This document shows positions 26,830-32,504 of a stretch of 32,504 bases of DNA, one piece after another; position 1 is the first letter of the stretch, and the number at the start of each line of letters is the position of its first letter. The notes beneath the pieces were generated by a model. The model was not told the origin of the DNA. It was given only the letters and a program-made list of their open reading frames with translations, and ran no database searches. Origin of the DNA: an uncultured Rhodospirillales bacterium (GTDB lineage: Bacteria; Pseudomonadota; Alphaproteobacteria; Rhodospirillales; Casp-alpha2); the NCBI GenBank assembly GCA_938074585.1, contig CALJEW010000118.1:1-32504 (forward strand), read 5' to 3'. Position numbers and translations under genes: made by a program.

Positions 26830-27390
26830 TTATGGTCTAGGGGTGAAGGTGACGAGCAGGGCTTTCGATCCATATTCACAGGTCATTTGCACCCGATCAG
26901 TTGAATTGAAAACCGCTGTATCGTATTGGATTAAAGTGTGTTGGTTGATCTTAAATGTTCCAAAAAGGCTATATATAGCTCGTATTTGGCCCTCGGATGA
27001 TTCTATATATGTGTGTTTTGGTCCATCAATGATCCGCACATTAGCCGTGGTTTTCGTCTGATCATAAATCACATTAAAATCCTGAATGTTCCCGTCTATA
27101 AGTTCAGATGTGATGGGCTGATCTCCTGAAAATGCAGTTGGTGTGTGCAATGATGCCAACAACACCTTGTTTGTATACGTATCAATTAAGCGCATGCCTG
27201 CCCCTTGGGTGATGGTTAAAATCCGGCTTAATTTGGGAAAGGTTGAAAATGGCCCTTCTTGGGTGACATCAGCTAAGCTTAAGCGCCAAATAAGGCCTAG
27301 GTTATCGCTTAATTTAGCAATTTCGCGGGTCACCCCACCACCATTTTTCCATGGCATTGATGTGTAGTCTTGGACGGATAGGCGTTGCAT
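26830..27390 (-). CDS. hutD: HutD-family protein (DUF886, cupin-like)
   Basis: 186 aa. The N-terminal signature MQRLSVQDYTSMPWKNGGGVTREI matches the HutD motif PWKNGGGxTxEI. Confidence 0.75.
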   Translation of the reverse strand: MQRLSVQDYTSMPWKNGGGVTREIAKLSDNLGLIWRLSLADVTQEGPFSTFPKLSRILTITQGAGMRLIDTYTNKVLLASLHTPTAFSGDQPITSELIDGNIQDFNVIYDQTKTTANVRIIDGPKHTYIESSEGQIRAIYSLFGTFKINQHTLIQYDTAVFNSTDRVQMTCEYGSKALLVTFTPRP

Positions 27391-27410
27391 ATAATGCCTT
27401 TTATGATTCT

Positions 27411-28028
27411 TTATTTAGAAGATTTTTTACCGATTTTGATCTCGGTGCCTTGCATCAAGTTACCAATGTTTTTGTGATGGCGAAGAATTGCCAATAGAGC
27501 TAACCCGGCGGCCATAACCGCCACATCGGGGCGGCCAAACCACCATGCAATGGCGGGCGCTGCAGATAATGATAATAAGGACGCCAAGGACGAATAGCGA
27601 AATATTCCTGCAACAAGTAGCCATGTCGCACAAGCGGACACTCCAACCATCCAAGCGCTGGCAATTAAAATGCCGAGCGTTGTCGCAACCCCTTTGCCGC
27701 CCTTAAACTTGAGCCAAACCGAAAAATTATGCCCAAACACAGCCATAAAACCTGAAATCAATCCAGCCTCTATTCCTAAAAAGTGCACAGCCCCTAAGCC
27801 AGCCGCGGCCCCTTTGCCTGTATCACATAGCAACGTCAAAAATGCGATGAACTTATTACCGGTTCGAAGGACGTTGGTTGCACCAATGTTGCCTGATCCA
27901 ATGTCACGAATATCGCCCATCCCTGCAAGCCGGGTTAAGACCAAACCAAAAGGGACCGAGCCCAAGAGGTAGCCGCACATTGCAGCGATGGCGTTTGAAT
28001 GAGTCAAATAGGGGGAAAGAGTTTCCAT
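27411..28028 (-). CDS. plsY: Glycerol-3-phosphate acyltransferase PlsY
   Basis: 205 aa polytopic membrane protein with YLLGSVPFGLVLTR, GSGNIGATNVLRTG and KGGKGVAT. Confidence 0.92.
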   Translation of the reverse strand: METLSPYLTHSNAIAAMCGYLLGSVPFGLVLTRLAGMGDIRDIGSGNIGATNVLRTGNKFIAFLTLLCDTGKGAAAGLGAVHFLGIEAGLISGFMAVFGHNFSVWLKFKGGKGVATTLGILIASAWMVGVSACATWLLVAGIFRYSSLASLLSLSAAPAIAWWFGRPDVAVMAAGLALLAILRHHKNIGNLMQGTEIKIGKKSSK

Positions 28029-28030
28029 AT

Positions 28031-29347
28031 TTATCCTTCTGCCTGAAAGACTAAACGACCGTCAACTATTGTTTGTATGGCGCAGCCTTGCACGGGTCGA
28101 CCGTCGAAGGGCGAGTTTTTAGATTTTGATTTAAGTGTTTTGTCTTCAACTTTCCAACCGCGTTCTGGGTCCAAAATAGTGATGTCAGCCCGGCGGCCAA
28201 TTTCAAGCTTACCCGCTTTGAGCCCTAACAATTGAGCGGGCCGATGGGTGATTAAATTTAGGGCTTCAATCAGTTTCATGTGGCCGTTGTGGTAAAGCTC
28301 AAGCGTAATAGGCAATAAGGTTTCAAGCCCAACACCGCCAGCTGCGGCTTCGCTAAACGGTAAGCGCTTTGATTCTTCGTCTTGCGGGGTGTGGTCCGAT
28401 GCAATTACATCAATCGTGCCGTCTTTTAAACCTTCAATTACCGCTTGGCGGTCTTCTTCTTTGCGAAGCGGAGGCGATAATTTGGCAAAAGTTCGATAAT
28501 CGCCAACTGCCAATTCATTTAGCGCGAAATAAGGCGGTGCGGTATCGCAGGTAACAGGCAAGCCCCGGGCCTTTGCTTTGCGGACGCAATCAATGGCATC
28601 GGACGTCGATAAATGGGCGAAATGTATTTTACCCCCAGACATCTCGACCAAGCGAATATCGCGCTCGACCATAATGATTTCAGCATAGCGGGGAATCCCG
28701 CCTAATCCCAAACGCGTTGCGGTCTCGCCCGAATTCATAACGCCGTTTTTGGAAAGCCCACAATTTTCCGGGTGTTGAACAATCAGCAAATCAAAGGTCT
28801 TTGCATAACTCAATGCGCGTAACATCAATTGGATATCGGATATGGTTTTAAAACCATCCGTGAAGGCAACAGCACCGGCTTCGCTCAGCATTCCCAGCTC
28901 AGCTATTTCCTTGCCTTCTAATTTTTTGCTAACTGCGCCATAGGGATAAACTTTGCTCAATCCCAATTTACGCGCGCGCCTTGCAACAAATTCAAGAACC
29001 GACATGTCGTCAATTGCGGGCTCTGTGTTGGGCAGGCAGACAATTGTAGTAACGCCGCCCGCAACGGCCGAGCGGCCTGCGGTCTCTAACGTTTCTTTAT
29101 GCTCTTCACCGGGTTCACCTAAATGGGCTCGCATGTCGACTAAACCCGGAACTAAGCAATGGCCCTTGCAATTGATGATTTGTGAATTGGCGCGTGGTTT
29201 GCCATCGTTCAAATGGGGCCCGATATCAGAAATGACCTTGCCATCACATAAAATGCCGCCGATCTCGTCCCGGCCTGTTGCCGGGTCTATCAAGCGTGCA
29301 TTGATATAAAGGGTGTGCAGGGTGCTGTTGTTTGTGGTTGCCATCAC
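28031..29347 (-). CDS. pyrC: Dihydroorotase-family protein (type I, ATCase-linked). The first metal-binding His is substituted.
   Basis: 438 aa of the amidohydrolase superfamily ([37 protein letters not shown]). It overlaps pyrB by 4 nt (ATGA) and sits 2 nt from plsY. The usual D-x-H-x-H reads D-M-R-A-H (nt 29123-29131). Confidence 0.85.
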   Translation of the reverse strand: MMATTNNSTLHTLYINARLIDPATGRDEIGGILCDGKVISDIGPHLNDGKPRANSQIINCKGHCLVPGLVDMRAHLGEPGEEHKETLETAGRSAVAGGVTTIVCLPNTEPAIDDMSVLEFVARRARKLGLSKVYPYGAVSKKLEGKEIAELGMLSEAGAVAFTDGFKTISDIQLMLRALSYAKTFDLLIVQHPENCGLSKNGVMNSGETATRLGLGGIPRYAEIIMVERDIRLVEMSGGKIHFAHLSTSDAIDCVRKAKARGLPVTCDTAPPYFALNELAVGDYRTFAKLSPPLRKEEDRQAVIEGLKDGTIDVIASDHTPQDEESKRLPFSEAAAGGVGLETLLPITLELYHNGHMKLIEALNLITHRPAQLLGLKAGKLEIGRRADITILDPERGWKVEDKTLKSKSKNSPFDGRPVQGCAIQTIVDGRLVFQAEG

Positions 29348-30315
29348 AAATTACTCCCTTCTGACTGGTCTAGGTTTTCTGTCAAAATCTCCAAACACGC
29401 CATCCGAACGGCAACGCCCATTTCAACTTGTTCCCTAATAACACTGCGTCCAAAGTCGTCGGCTAAATCTGAATCAATCTCGACACCGCGGTTCATTGGG
29501 CCGGGGTGCATAATCAACGCATTGTCCTTGGCATTTGCCAATTTGGCTTCATCCAGACCAAAGAAATTGAAATATTCGCGGATTGAAGGAAAGAAGTTAC
29601 CCTGCATCCGTTCACGTTGAAGTCTTAACATCATGACAATATCAACATCCTTCAGGCCTTCGTCCATATTGTGAAAGACCTCAACGCCCAAATGTTCGAT
29701 CCCTGATGGGATAAGCGTAACAGGGGCAATCAGGCGAACTCGAGCACCCATGGTGTTCAGTAGGTGAATGTTGGATCGGGCAACCCGGGAATGTAGCACA
29801 TCGCCGCAAATGGCAATCACCAGCCCGCTTAAATGGCCCAACCGGCGACGGATGGTCAGGGCATCTAGCAAGGCTTGTGTTGGGTGCTCATGCGCTCCAT
29901 CGCCGCCATTAATCACGGCGCAATTCACTTTTTCTGAAAGAAGGGACACAGCGCCAGATTGTGGGTGGCGAACAACCAACACATCGGGATGCATAGCGTT
30001 CAGGGTCATCGCTGTATCGATGAGGGTTTCGCCTTTTTTGACTGAACTGGTTGAAACCGACATATTTATGACGTCGCCGCCTAAGCGTTTCCCGGCTAAT
30101 TCAAAAGAAGTCCGGGTGCGGGTCGAATCTTCAAAAAATAAATTGATTATTGTCCTTCCATTCAGGACCGATTTCTTTTTGTTGGCTTGGCGGTTCTGTT
30201 GAACGTGTGTTTCTGAACGATTCAGTAAAATCGTAATTTCTTCCGGTGTTAGACCTTCTATACCCAGAAGGTGGCGCCGGTGGTAACAAAGGTAAGTCTG
30301 CTCATTTGTATTCAT
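29344..30315 (-). CDS. pyrB: Aspartate carbamoyltransferase catalytic subunit
   Basis: 323 aa with [23 protein letters not shown] and [12 protein letters not shown]. Confidence 0.95.
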   Translation of the reverse strand: MNTNEQTYLCYHRRHLLGIEGLTPEEITILLNRSETHVQQNRQANKKKSVLNGRTIINLFFEDSTRTRTSFELAGKRLGGDVINMSVSTSSVKKGETLIDTAMTLNAMHPDVLVVRHPQSGAVSLLSEKVNCAVINGGDGAHEHPTQALLDALTIRRRLGHLSGLVIAICGDVLHSRVARSNIHLLNTMGARVRLIAPVTLIPSGIEHLGVEVFHNMDEGLKDVDIVMMLRLQRERMQGNFFPSIREYFNFFGLDEAKLANAKDNALIMHPGPMNRGVEIDSDLADDFGRSVIREQVEMGVAVRMACLEILTENLDQSEGSNL

Positions 30316-30536
30316 AAGTTAATACTATAGAAACCTGTTGGGTTCAAATCAAGCTGCAACAGACGCCAATTTTGATGTACTTTCGTTGTTTCGCATCATA
30401 GGGAGGTTTGCGGAACGTTTAGTGCTTTTATGTAAATTTAGGATAACGGTGAAGCCTACAATGAACAGCTTTAGTGAAACTCAAGATCGAATAAGCCTAT
30501 TGTTTGATAAACGGCTTGGGTGTAGCAATACTTAGA

Positions 30537-31269
30537 TGCCCACCACAACATATGTGCCAAAGGGGAAGGCCATTTTACAGACCTATTATTCCCTAAAATA
30601 GCCACTGCTTTCGACAACTATAATTCCGAAAGTGATAAGATTGGCAAAAGGTTACAGTTGGCGGGTCTACCCGGGAATGCTGCAGGCTATACATTTGATG
30701 ACGTTGACCACGTTTTAAAAGTTGCGATTGGTTTGGCTTTTGACCGATGGCAGGATGGGCGCAATCCGTCTTGCGTTGTCGAAAAATACCAGAACATGTT
30801 TTGAACTTAGACCTCTTATTGCGGTTATTACCTTGCGCTTGCGTTATCCATGTGGTGCGCGATGGTCGCGATGAAGCCGTTTCTGCGTGGGAATTTAATT
30901 TAGGCATAAGCCGGGGAGATTTTTCTTAAGAAATTTCGAAATTTTGCAAGCTTTGCCGGAAAATTTGGACAAGCGTGGAGCTGAAGCATCGGGGCAGGAA
31001 GAAAATTTAGCCAGAATAACCAGACCCGGTATTTGGAAATTCAAAGCTCAGATATCACAATGGATCCAAGCAGTGTTGTCGCCGCTCTGCTTGACTTTCC
31101 AGGGGTTTTTAGCACCCAAAAAATAACTCAAAACTGTGCAGATATGGCTTGGGACATCTCTCAGTTGGATTTGGAACACGGTGTCTGGGAAACCACCTTT
31201 TATGATGAAGCGAACCTGCTGTTTTTGCGTCATAGCGGAGAATTGATAAAACTGCTTAATTATGACTAA
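30537..31269 (+). pseudogene. Sulfotransferase-family gene remnant with multiple frameshifts and stops
   Basis: Fragments lie in different frames. The first is MPTTTYVPKGKAILQ... followed by a stop. ORF 30747-30929 contains KIPEHVLNLDLLLRLLPCACVIHVVRDGRDEAVSAW, which matches the sulfotransferase 3'-PB region (hVRDxRDxxVS). ORF 31033-31269 has a C-terminal-like piece (DPSSVVAALLDFPGV...LIKLLNYD). No single frame spans more than about 80 codons. Confidence 0.5.
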
Positions 31270-31408
31270 AAGGTTCGGCTTAGTTGAATTGTATTATTAA
31301 ACACCTCGCCATTTGTACTGCAATACTATGTTGGTCATAGGCCTATAGGCATGATTGTATGCTGTAATTAATAGTGTATTGTTAAATGCTTAAAAATAAG
31401 AAAAAGCC

Positions 31409-31783
31409 ATGCGAGTCACTAATTATTTAGACGCTGAAATAGGTTGTCGTTTACAACAGGCTCGCCTTGTTGAAAATTTGACACAAGACGGTCTTGCACA
31501 AAAACTTAATATAAGTTTCCAGCAAGTTCAAAAATACGAAAATGGGACGAACCGGGTAAGCTCTTCTCGCTTGTGGGCTATTTCGCGTGTTCTTGGTCTG
31601 CCGATCACCTACTTCTATGAAGGTTTGGACGATAGTCATATTCCGGAAGCGGTTGAAGGTGTTGATGACGGATCTTTGCCTGATCGTACTGTTCGTGTTG
31701 CGCGTATGCTCGACGAAATGCCCGATGGTGATGTTAAAAACAAAGTCTTTGGATTGATTAAAGCCTTTTCTAAAGCGAGTTAA
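31409..31783 (+). CDS. XRE-family helix-turn-helix transcriptional regulator
   Basis: 124 aa with a Cro/C1-type HTH (IGCRLQQARLVENLTQDGLAQKLNISFQQVQKYENGTNRVSSSRLWAISRVLGLPITYFYEG). It has an ATG start. Confidence 0.8.
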   Translation: MRVTNYLDAEIGCRLQQARLVENLTQDGLAQKLNISFQQVQKYENGTNRVSSSRLWAISRVLGLPITYFYEGLDDSHIPEAVEGVDDGSLPDRTVRVARMLDEMPDGDVKNKVFGLIKAFSKAS

Positions 31784-32504
31784 CTCTGGTTTTTAATTGA
31801 AAAAAAAGCATACGCAAAAGCATGTCAGAAATTAGGTGTGAATTTAGCCGTGTCCGCTTAGGGTTAGCCCTTGTGGTATTAGCTTCTATTGGTAAAACTT
31901 TGGTTGCTTTTAGAATAAATTCAACCCCAGTTTACCGAACAGTATTTCCAATCAAAACTATGATACCATTATCAAAGGTAGACAAATTATTACAGCCTTA
32001 TGGAGATGATGCATGTTTCAATTGATTTTTACTTAAAGAAAGTCATTGTTAGCTAGAGTTTGCGTTCTGTTAGACTTGATGCGTCAGACGCCATATCTGA
32101 CTATTTATACGATGTCCACGGTGTGTTTTCCTTTCGGATACATTACTTTGTAGGCGAATGGGGCAGCTAGTTCTTTGTTGATGCGCCTTTAGCGATAGAA
32201 CGCATGCAGCAACTTATGGGATTTTGCCGTGTTCCCTTGATCGTTAGCTATTTTATTAAATCCGTCTCGCTCTAAAAATGTTCCCAACGACACGACTTCT
32301 CCAGTTCGGAATACGCGTTTTTGGGAGAACCAAAGGTGACCTCACCGATCCTGAGTTTTAGCAATTAATCCCATATTTTTGGATTTGTATGCCTTGTGAA
32401 ATTAAAACAATTTATTGAATCAAAGTGCTGGGCATCTGTCAGCTAATACGCGTGTCTAAGAAGGAACTTGGGCCCTAACAGCTAATGGTTCTTATCACGA
32501 AAAT

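Noticed and set aside
31337-31346. 10-bp palindrome ATAGGCCTAT upstream of the XRE regulator, considered as a candidate auto-operator
   Set aside because: About 30 ten-bp palindromes are expected by chance in this window, and it is not repeated or extended, so support is insufficient.
31822-32025. 67-aa ORF downstream of the XRE gene, and the 65-aa ORF at 30338-30535
   Set aside because: They have no RBS, no recognisable family and atypical composition. They lie in regions that otherwise look like decaying or non-coding DNA.
1-32504. Search for tRNA, rRNA, tmRNA, SRP RNA, CRISPR arrays, IS elements or transposases, integrases, and toxin-antitoxin or known defence genes
   Set aside because: Intergenic regions are short or AT-rich without cloverleaf-like or conserved ncRNA motifs that I can recognise by eye. 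There are no spaced direct repeats, no terminal inverted repeats and no transposase- or integrase-like ORFs. This is absence of evidence only, and a covariance-model scan would be needed for certainty.

Overview
This window looks like a chromosomal core segment of an alphaproteobacterium, roughly mid-40s %GC by eye. The taxon call is an inference from gene content and synteny: rluD-rpoH, hisZ-purA, and a pyrB-pyrC-plsY-(dprA)-topA-rnr block with rpmG and an S41 protease nearby. About 22 intact CDSs are supported, mostly housekeeping. I saw no tRNA, rRNA, CRISPR array, IS element or prophage. Two things stand out. First, a co-directional gene pair between rpoH and purA (4844-7531, minus strand) encodes a 707-aa protein with a clear protein-kinase fold. 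Its catalytic signatures are all replaced (no Gly-loop, no VAIK Lys, HRD->HRA, DFG->GEN), it has a roughly 400-aa unassigned region and a C-terminal tail-anchor TM helix, and it is followed by a 4-TM partner protein. This is my best candidate for an undescribed system. Second, at least four non-essential genes are visibly decayed: a Crp/Fnr regulator, a DivK-like receiver, dprA and a sulfotransferase. They carry nonsense codons, frameshifts and a deletion, while long neighbouring housekeeping ORFs with long homopolymers stay intact. That argues for real reductive evolution rather than sequencing error. Smaller observations are a perfect 18-bp-stem hairpin after purA, a 22-bp perfect palindrome across the monooxygenase stop codon, a pyrB-linked dihydroorotase with RAH in place of the HxH metal motif, and an orphan JAMM/MPN protease translationally coupled to a small membrane protein.
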